Shown: positions 10,397-20,067 of the stretch, piece by piece
Position numbering within the stretch: the stretch's first letter is position 1
Layout: each line of letters starts with the position of its first letter
From: an uncultured virus (IMG/VR IMGVR_UViG_3300042456_000185)
Lineage: Duplodnaviria > Heunggongvirae > Uroviricota > Caudoviricetes > Crassvirales
IMG/VR virus record: IMGVR_UViG_3300042456_000185
Reading direction: 5' to 3' (one strand)
Length of the DNA: 64,000 nucleotides
The notes under the pieces: model-generated
Seen by the model: the letters and a program-made list of their open reading frames with translations, nothing else
The model's database searches: none
What the model was told of the DNA's origin: nothing
Program-made: the position numbers and the translations under genes

Positions 10397-12838
10397 TTAT
10401 TCTCCAGCTAGGATTTTCATAATGTCATCCTCCTGCTCGTCAGTAAGTTCAGGTCTTTTGCCCTGTCTTTGTGAGATTAGTTTGGACTGAGCGACAGCCT
10501 GTTTGTCGATTCGCTCATCTTTCTTCTCCTCCTTCATCTCTTCCATAGCCTGCATCTGCTGGGTCTTCTCTTGATCTTGCTGCTGCTGGACTCCCATCTT
10601 TACCTGCTCCAGTTGCATCTTCAGGCTGTACTCAACTTGCAAAAGCTGTGACTTAACTTGGGCCTCAATCTGCATTTTCTGCACCTCTAGTTGAGACTTC
10701 AGTTGCTCCAGCTGAGCCTCGCCCTGTGCACTAGCCTGTGCGGTCTGAATGTTTGCCTGTGCCTGCATCTGAGAGTTCTGCGCTGCGATCTCCTGGCGCT
10801 GCTTGATACGCTTCTTTCTACGCACGATAAGCAGCTTCTCCGCCTGGTCTACGTCACGAAGCTGTCGGATAGCGATGGCATCTTCTAGGTCAATTTCTCC
10901 AGTGCTAAGTGCCGCCTGGATGTTAGCCTCAAGATATGCCTTGTCTTGGTCGTTCATCTCAGTTACCACACGCACACCGAAGTTATACATAGGCAAGTCC
11001 TTAAACGAACTGAGTACCGTCATATTCTCCCTGCCGATAGCGTTTTCGTATGACTTATACAGCACAGAGTTCACGGGGATGATTTGAAGGCATTTAACGA
11101 CATCTTCACATACTCTGCGGTAGAGTACCATAGATGCGTTAGTAATGTCGTAGATCGCATTATTTCCAGCCGCAATGGCCTGCTGACGTACACCTACCAG
11201 TTGCTCTCCTTTTGGAGTAGAAGCGTCCATAGCCTCGTTGATACCGGTAGCATCACGAATCATACGCAGGTAGTGGTTGTACAGCGTAATCAACTCGTTG
11301 ATGTTTCTGATGCTGTTGTCCAGTGAACGTACAGGTGGGTTCTGGAATGATCCATCAGGGTTCTTAGAACGGTAGTAGAATATACCCGTCTGTTCGTAGA
11401 TGTCTTGGATATCCAGTGGCTGCAGTTCTCCACCACGTCCGAGTTGTACGTTCTCAAGACCTTCGATGTCTACAAGCAATCCGTCAGGCTTAGCCTTAGC
11501 AACAGACTGTTGAATCTTCAGGTGAGAAAGCTGGAGTTGGTCTGCGAATCCAATAACACCGCTGACCATAGACTTTGGGATCATACGTCTGATGTTTGTC
11601 GCAACAACAGAGTAAGAGAACCTAGTTCTAGAAAGATCGTGAATGTTTTTCGGGATATTCTTCTTCAGACCGTAATCGAACAAGTAATCTGTACCTACAA
11701 TGTACTTACCTCCGTATAGCGTGGCATTGTTCATTGCCACTGGCTCTCTGTCATAAACTGACTGCGCTGGAGCCTTGTACGTGTATCCCTTGTAGTAGAA
11801 TCCTTCGTTACCGAATCTAGATGTCTTCTTCTCGAAAATAATCTGGTCTACGCTCACGAACTCAAAGTCCATAATCTCTACGGTGAACTCATCGTATCCG
11901 TAGTTGTATGAGCTGAGAGATGGATCAAAGTGCATATCCATCAACCTGTCTGCGTTGTTTCCAAGTCTATTGGCTACGCTGTTTGCAATTCTCTTGTACT
12001 CATCTTCCGTAAACTGGTCTCCTGCAATACGCTTCAGCTCCTGAATTGTCATCCGCTGGATACTGCCCATATACACACAGTCTGTGAAGTTAGGGTCGTC
12101 CGTAAAGCTATGGATGAAGAACGCTGGGTCTACATACTTGGTCTTGATGCCGTAGTTAGGGTCATTGTCTCTCTTGACAACAGCCATACCCAGTGTTACG
12201 ATATCTTCTACGTTACGTCTGTAGATTCTTTCATTGAAGTCGTTCCAAGACAGAGTCAACCTTGTTGCAATCTGTGCAGCAATCTCTGCACTTGTCTTTA
12301 CTGAAGACTCCAGGAAGATCTCTGCCTCCTCTGTCGTGTCAGGCAAATCATCGGGATTAAACTTGACATCAATACCAGCGTCTCTTGCCTGGATGATGGC
12401 AGCCTTGTTCTCGATGCGGAACTTGATCTTAGCCTTCTCTTTATCTTTCTCCGTCTGAGAGATAGGATCGATAGCGTCTACATTAGGGAATGGCTCAGTG
12501 GACAGAATCTTATTAACGACAACCTTTACAAACTTGGGGACAATTGGAACTGGAGTCCAGTCTAGCGACATAAGCGCACCGTCTCCATTGTTAGGGTCTA
12601 ATGACGTTAAGATCTGCTTATAGATGTTGGTATCTTGCGTACCATTTGCGTAGTCTCGGTTTATCTGAAACTCCTTCCATCTTCTATTGTATAGTGAACC
12701 AGTAGTATCTGTTCCACCCCACTGAGCATATACGCCTTTCGCATACTTGAGCCCGTATTCCTTTGTGACCTTTACAGCGTGTGGCGCTAGCGGGTCAGGG
12801 AATCCGAGTCCTGAGCTCAATCCTACATCATCTATCAT
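10397..12838 (-). CDS. Portal protein
   Basis: 813 aa directly downstream of TerL; DWTPVPIVPKFV and IRDATGINE motifs; Gln-rich coiled-coil C-terminus. Confidence 0.85.
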   Translation of the reverse strand: MIDDVGLSSGLGFPDPLAPHAVKVTKEYGLKYAKGVYAQWGGTDTTGSLYNRRWKEFQINRDYANGTQDTNIYKQILTSLDPNNGDGALMSLDWTPVPIVPKFVKVVVNKILSTEPFPNVDAIDPISQTEKDKEKAKIKFRIENKAAIIQARDAGIDVKFNPDDLPDTTEEAEIFLESSVKTSAEIAAQIATRLTLSWNDFNERIYRRNVEDIVTLGMAVVKRDNDPNYGIKTKYVDPAFFIHSFTDDPNFTDCVYMGSIQRMTIQELKRIAGDQFTEDEYKRIANSVANRLGNNADRLMDMHFDPSLSSYNYGYDEFTVEIMDFEFVSVDQIIFEKKTSRFGNEGFYYKGYTYKAPAQSVYDREPVAMNNATLYGGKYIVGTDYLFDYGLKKNIPKNIHDLSRTRFSYSVVATNIRRMIPKSMVSGVIGFADQLQLSHLKIQQSVAKAKPDGLLVDIEGLENVQLGRGGELQPLDIQDIYEQTGIFYYRSKNPDGSFQNPPVRSLDNSIRNINELITLYNHYLRMIRDATGINEAMDASTPKGEQLVGVRQQAIAAGNNAIYDITNASMVLYRRVCEDVVKCLQIIPVNSVLYKSYENAIGRENMTVLSSFKDLPMYNFGVRVVTEMNDQDKAYLEANIQAALSTGEIDLEDAIAIRQLRDVDQAEKLLIVRRKKRIKQRQEIAAQNSQMQAQANIQTAQASAQGEAQLEQLKSQLEVQKMQIEAQVKSQLLQVEYSLKMQLEQVKMGVQQQQDQEKTQQMQAMEEMKEEKKDERIDKQAVAQSKLISQRQGKRPELTDEQEDDIMKILAGE

Positions 12839-12893
12839 ACGTTAAGCCTTATTTTACGACATAGTGTCGCATATTTCATACAAAGGTATTGAA

Positions 12894-15014
12894 TTATCGA
12901 ACTATTTGTTTTACCTTGCGGAAGAACACTTTATCATTGAAGTTCGTAGTCTTTTTCTCCTTTACAACTTTCTGCGCTGCTAGTAGTGCGAGACCGGAAG
13001 ATATAGACAAGTCATACTTGGTCCTGTCGTCTATCTTGAAGTTAATCCAATCCTCAAGTGTTCTACTGAAGTACATCTTTCCGTATGATCCCGTCTCATT
13101 GTTCAGGCCCACGTGCTCGTGTATAAACGCCTCAATTGACTGAGCGTGAGCCTGTATAACATCCTGCGAGTTTGATGGGATACCCTTTGACTTTACCGTG
13201 ACGTGGTTTGTTGATCCTCCGAGGTGTTCGGGCCTGTCCATAACGTACCCATCGTACCCCCTAGATTCAAAGTATCTAACGATTCCGTACTTGTTATTTT
13301 CTATAAGTAGCGGGAAGCCAAAGAATACAGCTGCCATCAGTACATCTTCGTAGAAGATTCTAGCCAGAGGTGGACGTGATGCGTACTCAGCAACGAACAT
13401 ATTGCTTGGGTACTTCATATTAAACTTCAGGTACATATGGCAGGCACCTTTAGATGAACGGCCATCTACAGTAGCGTCTAGGTCATAGGAGTCAACTCCA
13501 CCACATCCATACATATGGTTAGGAGCCACACGCTTACCGTTCTCGATCTTCATAATACTCCTGTCGTCAGGATCTGGCATCCAAGTAATATACCACCTGC
13601 CGTCAGGGTCTGGCTTAAACTGTACCTTAGTATCCTGAACTCCATTCTCCCAGAAGAAGTTACCACGCACCACAGGGTCAGGGTATAGCTCATCGTTGTA
13701 CTGAATCTGTTCGTATATCTTCCCGATGTTGAACAGACTTGACTTTGTTGAGTCCCTGAACGCCTCGTCTTCTGTAAATGGAAACTGGCGGATGACTTCA
13801 TTCAGCTCATAGCTGTCGTTTGTCAGGGCCTTTCTCTCATTACGCAAAAACGTCTTAGCTCCAATCTTGATGATGTCTCCATCCATCCCGATGATGGTCT
13901 CTTTAGGATCCTCTACAATTGGATTTCCATACTTGTCAAAGAAACCTTCAAGTGCCTCGTATGCGGGGATGAATACCTTATAGAGTCCAGATTTGGTCCT
14001 ATCGTTATCGTTTCTATCTTTGGGGTCCGAGTTGTAGTACAGATCTCTGTACTGACGACCCCCCTGGTCCAATGGGTTTACTGTAGACCCGACAAGAGCC
14101 TTTCCAATAATCTTGCGGCCAATAAGGAGGCAGGTCCTATGTATTCTCCAAGACTCACGTATGTCGCTGGGCTTGAGCCACTTACCAGCCTCATCGAAGA
14201 ATAATAGATGTGTCTTAGAGCCGTCATATGCGTTGTTGGTTGTATTCTTCCAGTTGATTATAGTGTCGAGTGCCTCTCCACGCTGAGAGGTCTTGTTTGT
14301 CTTGGTGATGCGTTTTGCCGGCTCACGGAACGCCAACTCCACACGTGGATTTGTGGTACCATCTTGTATAGGCTTGAAGAAGAATGGATAGGACCTAAAG
14401 ATAGGAACTACTTTCGACATAAATACAGCCTCCTGTGCGTCAGTTCCAGTCTTGGACATAACACCAAGTAGCTTCTCTTTTACCTGAGTTGCTTCGTCTG
14501 TGATGATCGAGCTGCACATATTTGTGTAGCCGGAACGCCTGCATTTCACGTAAATCTGTCCCATACACCTAGGATCAACCTCGCAGGCCATCTGGTGCAG
14601 GAACAGCCTACGCTGAAACTCTAGGTACGATGGGTACCCGATGTCTATCCTTGACCACTGCAGAAACATATAGTGGTGTCCTGTGATGTAGGTAGGTTCT
14701 CCGTTGTTCATAAACCACACCCCATTCCTTCTGCGATCAAACTCCTTATCAATAATAGGAGAGTAGCGCAGTTGAAACTCACGAGGTGTCTCGTACCACT
14801 CGTCCATAGACTTGATGGAAAGAAGATCCTTGGGTAGTTCTATACGCCTCCACATTTGGTCAGCCTTCTTCATATCGCTGAACAAGATGTCTTTCTTGTC
14901 CGGTTGCCTTGGAATCTGTATGGTTAGGTCGAACAGCTCTATGATTTCTCCAGCAGAGTTGTCTGGACATATGTTTATTATAGTCTCCTTGTCTACGACC
15001 TTCAGTCCAGCCAT
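12894..15014 (-). CDS. terL: Terminase large subunit
   Basis: Walker A-like VKCRRSGYT, Walker B LLFFDEAGKW, RNase H-like nuclease GGVDSYD and DRTKYD. Confidence 0.9.
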   Translation of the reverse strand: MAGLKVVDKETIINICPDNSAGEIIELFDLTIQIPRQPDKKDILFSDMKKADQMWRRIELPKDLLSIKSMDEWYETPREFQLRYSPIIDKEFDRRRNGVWFMNNGEPTYITGHHYMFLQWSRIDIGYPSYLEFQRRLFLHQMACEVDPRCMGQIYVKCRRSGYTNMCSSIITDEATQVKEKLLGVMSKTGTDAQEAVFMSKVVPIFRSYPFFFKPIQDGTTNPRVELAFREPAKRITKTNKTSQRGEALDTIINWKNTTNNAYDGSKTHLLFFDEAGKWLKPSDIRESWRIHRTCLLIGRKIIGKALVGSTVNPLDQGGRQYRDLYYNSDPKDRNDNDRTKSGLYKVFIPAYEALEGFFDKYGNPIVEDPKETIIGMDGDIIKIGAKTFLRNERKALTNDSYELNEVIRQFPFTEDEAFRDSTKSSLFNIGKIYEQIQYNDELYPDPVVRGNFFWENGVQDTKVQFKPDPDGRWYITWMPDPDDRSIMKIENGKRVAPNHMYGCGGVDSYDLDATVDGRSSKGACHMYLKFNMKYPSNMFVAEYASRPPLARIFYEDVLMAAVFFGFPLLIENNKYGIVRYFESRGYDGYVMDRPEHLGGSTNHVTVKSKGIPSNSQDVIQAHAQSIEAFIHEHVGLNNETGSYGKMYFSRTLEDWINFKIDDRTKYDLSISSGLALLAAQKVVKEKKTTNFNDKVFFRKVKQIVR

Positions 15015-15322
15015 TATCCTTTTATTTTGCGCTCGGCAAAGCCGGCCTTAAAGTCTCTTTCCTCAGATACCTCATCGTTGTCTTCAAGTGAGCGAATAAG
15101 CTCTTCAAGTCGCTGCCTCTCCTGAATCAATTCACGTGCGTCAATAACAGACTGCTTGATAGCACTAAGCTCTGCCTTCCTGGGTGAACCTGTAAGTTCC
15201 GGGTCTACAGGCTTACGGATCTCATCGATTAGCCCATTGATTGCCTGCTCCATAGAAGACAACAGCCTACGTGCCGCATCTACCGTGGTGAATTTACTTG
15301 ATGGCGCTTTCATCTGTGACAA
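15014..15322 (-). CDS. Putative terminase small subunit
   Basis: Helical 102 aa protein translationally coupled upstream of TerL; positional inference. Confidence 0.5.
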   Translation of the reverse strand: MSQMKAPSSKFTTVDAARRLLSSMEQAINGLIDEIRKPVDPELTGSPRKAELSAIKQSVIDARELIQERQRLEELIRSLEDNDEVSEERDFKAGFAERKIKG

Positions 15323-15893
15323 ACATCAGGTGATTAAACATCATACGCCACACCTTCTTTCCGTCTACATCCATAGAGTAGTCAGCATTCTTCTCGAAGC
15401 GCACGATATCTCCCTTGTATACTCCGTTCTCGTTTAGGAATGGAGAATCTGACCACACTCGGCCAAACTCATTTACTACCTCTTCTGTCTGGATGATTTC
15501 AATGATGTCACTCTTAGTCTTGCTAGGCTGTTCTACTGGCTCTACAAATACCCAGTCTGTCATCATATGGATGGTTCCTGTGTCTTTCTTCTTGTAGGCG
15601 TAGCACTGCGTCCCAAATCCACCTTCAGGGTTGTATACCACCTTGTACAAGTGCTTCTCTCTGTCGATGCACTGCGCTCCGTTGTAGTCCATTACGTGGT
15701 GGTGAATGAACAGCATATCCCCAACCTCGGCACCAGTCTGATACTTTAGTGGTACTGCTACGATTTCAGCGTAGTTAATGCGGTGCTCAAACTCGTTGAA
15801 CTTAGTTTCCAAGTAGATTTCCTGCCCTCCGATTGTTGTTGTGTCTTTTACACGTTTAGGTAAATAGACGATAAAGTCATATAGTGGTTTCAT
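15294..15893 (-). CDS. GroES-like co-chaperonin (two tandem Cpn10-like halves)
   Basis: MKPLYDFIV...AEIVAVP...EVGDML, then a second WVFVEPVE...GRV...GVYKGDIVRF. Confidence 0.65.
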   Translation of the reverse strand: MKPLYDFIVYLPKRVKDTTTIGGQEIYLETKFNEFEHRINYAEIVAVPLKYQTGAEVGDMLFIHHHVMDYNGAQCIDREKHLYKVVYNPEGGFGTQCYAYKKKDTGTIHMMTDWVFVEPVEQPSKTKSDIIEIIQTEEVVNEFGRVWSDSPFLNENGVYKGDIVRFEKNADYSMDVDGKKVWRMMFNHLMFVTDESAIK

Positions 15894-15922
15894 TCCAGTA
15901 AGTAAATTAAATTTGTTTTTTT

Positions 15923-16159
15923 CTAGAAGTTGCAGTCGAACTCGACCACTACAGGCATACCCTCGATACGCTTCCAGATCATCTGAGCACCATCCTCGTC
16001 TTGGATGTAGATGGCATATCTGCGTTCGTTGTGCATATGCAGGTACTTGTCGTCGAGTACAATTGCGGACACGGTATGTGCCCCAGCTTTCTGGCCGATA
16101 TAGTAGGCCATCGCCTTCATCGGATCTGGCCCGATGACGATCTTTCTGATGATTTCCAT
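15923..16159 (-). CDS. Hypothetical phage protein
   Basis: 78 aa ORF within the operon. Confidence 0.75.
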   Translation of the reverse strand: MEIIRKIVIGPDPMKAMAYYIGQKAGAHTVSAIVLDDKYLHMHNERRYAIYIQDEDGAQMIWKRIEGMPVVVEFDCNF

Positions 16160-16169
16160 AACGTTGTTT

Positions 16170-16451
16170 TTAATTAATGTCTAACTTGTCGATGTCGGTA
16201 AAGTCAATCCTGCTGTCTTCGCTTGACTCAACAGCGTCCACAACTAGGTCAAGCATATCTGCAATTACCTCTACGTTGTTATTTGACAGCTCGATATAGG
16301 CTTGTCCCTTATCGGAACCTGTCTTCTGGTAGGATACAACTACGAGCATCTCTACCTCATCGCCCATACCTGATTCTTCAATTCTGTTCTTCAGTTCCTG
16401 GTTCTGCTCGTTTACAAACATAAACAGATCCGTGTAGTCTTTAAATTTCAT
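16170..16451 (-). CDS. Hypothetical acidic protein
   Basis: 93 aa ORF within the operon. Confidence 0.7.
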   Translation of the reverse strand: MKFKDYTDLFMFVNEQNQELKNRIEESGMGDEVEMLVVVSYQKTGSDKGQAYIELSNNNVEVIADMLDLVVDAVESSEDSRIDFTDIDKLDIN

Positions 16452-16460
16452 ATTGATGTA

Positions 16461-17696
16461 TTAAGCGTATGATGCAATTAGCTTAACGTCTGCTCTAAAA
16501 CGTCCTGTCTCTCCAGATGTATTGTTGATGGTAAAATTAACTATACCTGCTCCATTTGAATACCATCTAAATGAAAAACCACCACTGCCTGCTGGCTGGT
16601 TCCAACCTACGCCTTGGTAGTAGTAAATTTCTTCTGCACCAGGCACAGCTGTAAAGCCTACGCTGTCAAAGAATGTAGTACATCTTCCAATTCTAAACTT
16701 TGAATTTGAATCGTTATACAGTACATACTCGATAATTGCGCCCTTATAGAATCCAGATGCGTTGTCGATGGTAATCATTGTCTGAACACCACCTCCAGTT
16801 GCAGATCCAAATGATAGGGCTAGGTTCTGTACCTCTGCCTCTCCGCTAAAGTTCTGCGAACCTGATGTCTTGTAGATAGTTGCAGAGTAGGATGAGGACT
16901 CTTTTACGGCACTTGTGATACCAGAGAATCTTACGGTACGAGCTCCTGCGTTTCCACTCAGTGAGAAGTCTGTACTTCCACCAAATACTCCAGCATTATT
17001 GAACTGGATGTTTCCCTGAGCTCCACCGGGAGGAGTTGACACCTCGTCTGCGATGTGGGCTGTAAGTTCTGCGATAGTAGTATACCCAAATTCAGCAGTT
17101 GAATCTGTATACAAACCGATATATGGGTTAGTAGTCAAGTCCAGCATACCACCAGACCAGTTATTCATAGCCTCTAGAGAGAAGGTACCAGTAAGTGAAT
17201 CGTACAGGATAGGCGTTACTGCAGTGAATACGGGGTCGTCAGAGAAGTACTGGCGTAGTGTCTCGATAGAGATACCCTTATACTGCGTGGCAGATGTGTC
17301 GTAGATCAGAAGACCATCGTTCTGGCTGATCTCGTCAAAGGCTAGCTGCGATAGCACACCAGTAGACAGCAAACTTACTACGTTAGCTGTGTAGTTGATT
17401 GGAGATGCGGCCGTAAAGATAGCGTTGGAAGAAAATGCGTTAGCTCCAAGCTCTCTGGTGACGAGTTTATTGGTCCCGTCAATAAAGATTCCAGTAAGCT
17501 CTGCGTTGTCTACAGATGGGGCTGTGGTAAAATACTGGTCACCATTCACCTCGATGGAGGTTGTGCCAAGCTTTAGTGCGGAGTCGTTTCCAAGTCCGTC
17601 CTCGATTGTCTGCCTAGTAGATGACAGGGTTGATGTCTCTGTCTTCAACAGCTTCGTGTAGCCGTCTTTTACCCTTACTGAAGTTAAGCTCGCCAT
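16461..17696 (-). CDS. Putative structural or fibre-like protein
   Basis: 411 aa, Ser/Thr/Gly-rich, PPGGAQGNIQFNNAGVFGG fibre-type motif. Confidence 0.65.
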   Translation of the reverse strand: MASLTSVRVKDGYTKLLKTETSTLSSTRQTIEDGLGNDSALKLGTTSIEVNGDQYFTTAPSVDNAELTGIFIDGTNKLVTRELGANAFSSNAIFTAASPINYTANVVSLLSTGVLSQLAFDEISQNDGLLIYDTSATQYKGISIETLRQYFSDDPVFTAVTPILYDSLTGTFSLEAMNNWSGGMLDLTTNPYIGLYTDSTAEFGYTTIAELTAHIADEVSTPPGGAQGNIQFNNAGVFGGSTDFSLSGNAGARTVRFSGITSAVKESSSYSATIYKTSGSQNFSGEAEVQNLALSFGSATGGGVQTMITIDNASGFYKGAIIEYVLYNDSNSKFRIGRCTTFFDSVGFTAVPGAEEIYYYQGVGWNQPAGSGGFSFRWYSNGAGIVNFTINNTSGETGRFRADVKLIASYA

Positions 17697-17703
17697 TATC
17701 TCG

Positions 17704-17721
17704 TATTTTTGTACAAATATA
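17704..17721. promoter_or_regulatory. Closely spaced opposing Bacteroidota -7 elements
   Basis: TATTTTTG (+, 17704-17711) and TATATTTG (-, 17714-17721) between two divergent genes. Confidence 0.6.
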
Positions 17722-18218
17722 TGAAATTAAGTATGAAGCGTTTTCGTAAACACCCTTCCAAGAAGTTCCGAGAGTTCTCTAAAGCAGACCCTGAGAAGAT
17801 TGGAGTGAGCTACTGCAGTAACCTTGCATCGGCTGTTGGTGACTACCGTGATGATCGAAAGCTGTCCTTTGCCCACATAGCCTTTATGTTGTGGGCGTAT
17901 GAGTACGAGTTCTTCACCATCCCCTACGCATCTAAGCGTTCTGGTTTCTCTGAGAGCTATATACGTGGAAAGGTTCTGCCTACCATACGTGCATACGGAC
18001 TTATAGATATTATGTACAGCAGGAGAAATGAGGGCATCACTATGGAGCAGCTGGCTATGCGTAACATCGAAAAAGAGGTGTACAGCAATCGGTACTCCTT
18101 GACTCAGAAGGGTAAGTTACACGTGCAGGACTTCTACAAGAAACTGGAGGGCAAGTCCGCCATCAAGAGAAAGAAGTACTGGCTGATAGGTGGGCAGATT
18201 GTAGACCCACAGAGATAG
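17721..18218 (+). CDS. Putative winged-helix DNA-binding regulator
   Basis: Lone + strand gene in the late block; helix followed by GLID...YSLTQKGK wing pattern. Start uncertain (17721 or 17733). Confidence 0.55.
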   Translation: MKLSMKRFRKHPSKKFREFSKADPEKIGVSYCSNLASAVGDYRDDRKLSFAHIAFMLWAYEYEFFTIPYASKRSGFSESYIRGKVLPTIRAYGLIDIMYSRRNEGITMEQLAMRNIEKEVYSNRYSLTQKGKLHVQDFYKKLEGKSAIKRKKYWLIGGQIVDPQR

Positions 18219-18219
18219 C

Positions 18220-18447
18220 CTACTTCTTACTCCGGTTCCTCTTCGCAGATATAAACTTAGCCTCATCGTGGTCGTAGTCTAAACCGTCACCATTGCCGTA
18301 GGTACCTGCCTTTCTATTCATCTTATTCAAGAACGCTCTGTACTTCTTACGCTCCTCTGACTTGTTATACTCACGCTGGTACTCTCTGCGCTTCTCCGCA
18401 GCTTCTGGGTTCTCCTTGTAGTACTTGGAGGTCTTACTTACTTTCAT
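18220..18447 (-). CDS. Small basic protein with a degenerate HNH-like motif
   Basis: GDGLDYDH...KRNRS. Confidence 0.6.
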   Translation of the reverse strand: MKVSKTSKYYKENPEAAEKRREYQREYNKSEERKKYRAFLNKMNRKAGTYGNGDGLDYDHDEAKFISAKRNRSKK

Positions 18448-18574
18448 TTTTAATTTTCTTTTCAGCTTCTAACATAGCCTTAGTAGGCTTCTTTCCAGAG
18501 CCCTTGTTAGCACGGATATTATCCCACAGCCCTCTCTTTGAGTAGGTGCCGTCTGCTCTTTTGATTAGTTTCAT
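18434..18574 (-). CDS. Small basic protein, 46 aa
   Basis: Read manually: MKLIKRADGTYSKRGLWDNIRANKGSGKKPTKAMLEAEKKIKNESK; overlaps both neighbours. Confidence 0.7.
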   Translation of the reverse strand: MKLIKRADGTYSKRGLWDNIRANKGSGKKPTKAMLEAEKKIKNESK

Positions 18575-18738
18575 TGGTGCTTCTCTTTGATCCTGAACGA
18601 TGCCTCTAGGCTAGCTCCCTCGTGGGGGACGAACTTGCCCTCGTGCTTCATTAGGAAGTAACGGCCCTTCTCGGACATCCAGTGGTATCCCTCTGGTGCC
18701 GTTACCATCATCTTGTTATTCTTCTTGGTGATCTTCAT
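18571..18738 (-). CDS. Small protein, 55 aa
   Basis: MKITKKNNKMMVTAPEGYHWMSEKGRYFLMKHEGKFVPHEGASLEASFRIKEKHQ; ATGA coupling on both sides. Confidence 0.7.
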   Translation of the reverse strand: MKITKKNNKMMVTAPEGYHWMSEKGRYFLMKHEGKFVPHEGASLEASFRIKEKHQ

Positions 18739-18908
18739 TCCTCCTCGGAGTAGTAGCAGGCTTTGATCTTGTAGTGGGTAGGCTGTTCTTTTCCTACTTT
18801 AACTGCAGCCATCACTTGCTTGACAGCTTCATCCAGGGTCATAGCCTTCACTTCTACCATACGGCCAGACTCCATATAGCCTCCTTCGTTGTACTTCTTG
18901 ATCTTCAT
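18735..18908 (-). CDS. Small protein, 57 aa
   Basis: MKIKKYNEGGYMESGRMVEVKAMTLDEAVKQ...; ATGA coupling. Confidence 0.7.
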   Translation of the reverse strand: MKIKKYNEGGYMESGRMVEVKAMTLDEAVKQVMAAVKVGKEQPTHYKIKACYYSEEE

Positions 18909-19063
18909 TTCTTCATCATTTTAAAGTCCTTACCCGTGATCTTACCATCCTGGTCCTTGTCCATCTTTACCTGACCACCTGTGAGGTATTTCTTCATCAT
19001 ACCGCCCATACCATACTTGGGCATCATCTTACCCCCTGCGGAGTATTTCTTATTGCACTTCAT
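18905..19063 (-). CDS. Small basic protein with KYxxGG repeats and an EF-hand-like motif, 52 aa
   Basis: MKCNKKYSAGGKMMPKYGMGGMMKKYLTGGQVKMDKDQDGKITGKDFKMMKK. Confidence 0.7.
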   Translation of the reverse strand: MKCNKKYSAGGKMMPKYGMGGMMKKYLTGGQVKMDKDQDGKITGKDFKMMKK

Positions 19064-19066
19064 AAC

Positions 19067-19402
19067 TTACTTCTTTTTAGCTTTTTTCATAATCTTAAAC
19101 GCCTGCTTTCTCAGGTACTTCGCCTCTGCGCTAGGTCCATCTCCTGATGGAAACATAGCCTGCACGAGTGGATCGTATCTGTCGTGCTTCATAGGATCGT
19201 ATGCTGCCTCTTTAGGCTTTCCTGCAAACGTGTCCTGGTAGTAGTTGATAACAGACTTCATCTGCTCAGGGTCTCTCTGGTACTTCTTGTTAGAGGCCGG
19301 TGACTTCACCTTCAGGTCTTCTGAGAACGCCATAATCTCGGTAGGGATATTGGGTGTGCGTTTCACCATAGGTGACTTAGCTCCCTTCTTTACGGTTTTC
19401 AT
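19067..19402 (-). CDS. Lys-rich hypothetical protein
   Basis: 111 aa ORF in a coupled operon. Confidence 0.75.
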   Translation of the reverse strand: MKTVKKGAKSPMVKRTPNIPTEIMAFSEDLKVKSPASNKKYQRDPEQMKSVINYYQDTFAGKPKEAAYDPMKHDRYDPLVQAMFPSGDGPSAEAKYLRKQAFKIMKKAKKK

Positions 19403-20067
19403 TTCTTCTTTGCGTTAGTGCGTTCTAATCGTTTCATAGCGTATCCAAAAGCCTTCTGTGAGTTGATCTCACGTCTAGTGGCGTATGTATCTCTCTTGCT
19501 TAGTGTACGGTCTTTCAGCGCCTGCTCACGTGGTGAGGCATCTGAAGCTGTTCCTCTCCTGATGTACCGTATATCTTGGTTTAGATTCTTCTTGCTGGTC
19601 TTGTACATATAGTTCTTATCACCAGACTTGTAGGAGACATCCGCCCCCTTCTTGCACTTAGGATCTTCTCCAACCATACAGGTAGAGGTAGATTGATCTC
19701 CAGAGTCTCTTCTGTCCTTATATATAGCCTTCATAGTGGCGCTGATCTCTGGACTCTTTCTCTGGGAATTTTTCTTGTTCTCTTCTATCTTGGCGATGGT
19801 CTTTTTCAGCTTCTTCTCACGTGCCAGTCTCTCTGTCTTGAACTTGTCAAAGACCTCACCTGAGTACAGCTCTGAACCAGATCCCATATTAAGTGTCGTG
19901 GTCTCTTTCTCAGTCGGAGCTACCTTGTCCCACGTCTTATCTCTCTGGAGCGTTTCCTTAACAACTTCCATATTGGGGTTGTTAATCATCTCCTTAGCTT
20001 CCTTGCGTGAAACACCCTTCTTAGCGAAAGCGTATCTGATGCCTTTTACCTTTGGCTTGTTAGTCAT
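19399..20067 (-). CDS. Highly basic protein, paralog of 20064-20540
   Basis: Shares the PKV.G.RYA.AKKGVSR.EAK and DI...RRGTAS.A motifs. Confidence 0.8.
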   Translation of the reverse strand: MTNKPKVKGIRYAFAKKGVSRKEAKEMINNPNMEVVKETLQRDKTWDKVAPTEKETTTLNMGSGSELYSGEVFDKFKTERLAREKKLKKTIAKIEENKKNSQRKSPEISATMKAIYKDRRDSGDQSTSTCMVGEDPKCKKGADVSYKSGDKNYMYKTSKKNLNQDIRYIRRGTASDASPREQALKDRTLSKRDTYATRREINSQKAFGYAMKRLERTNAKKK

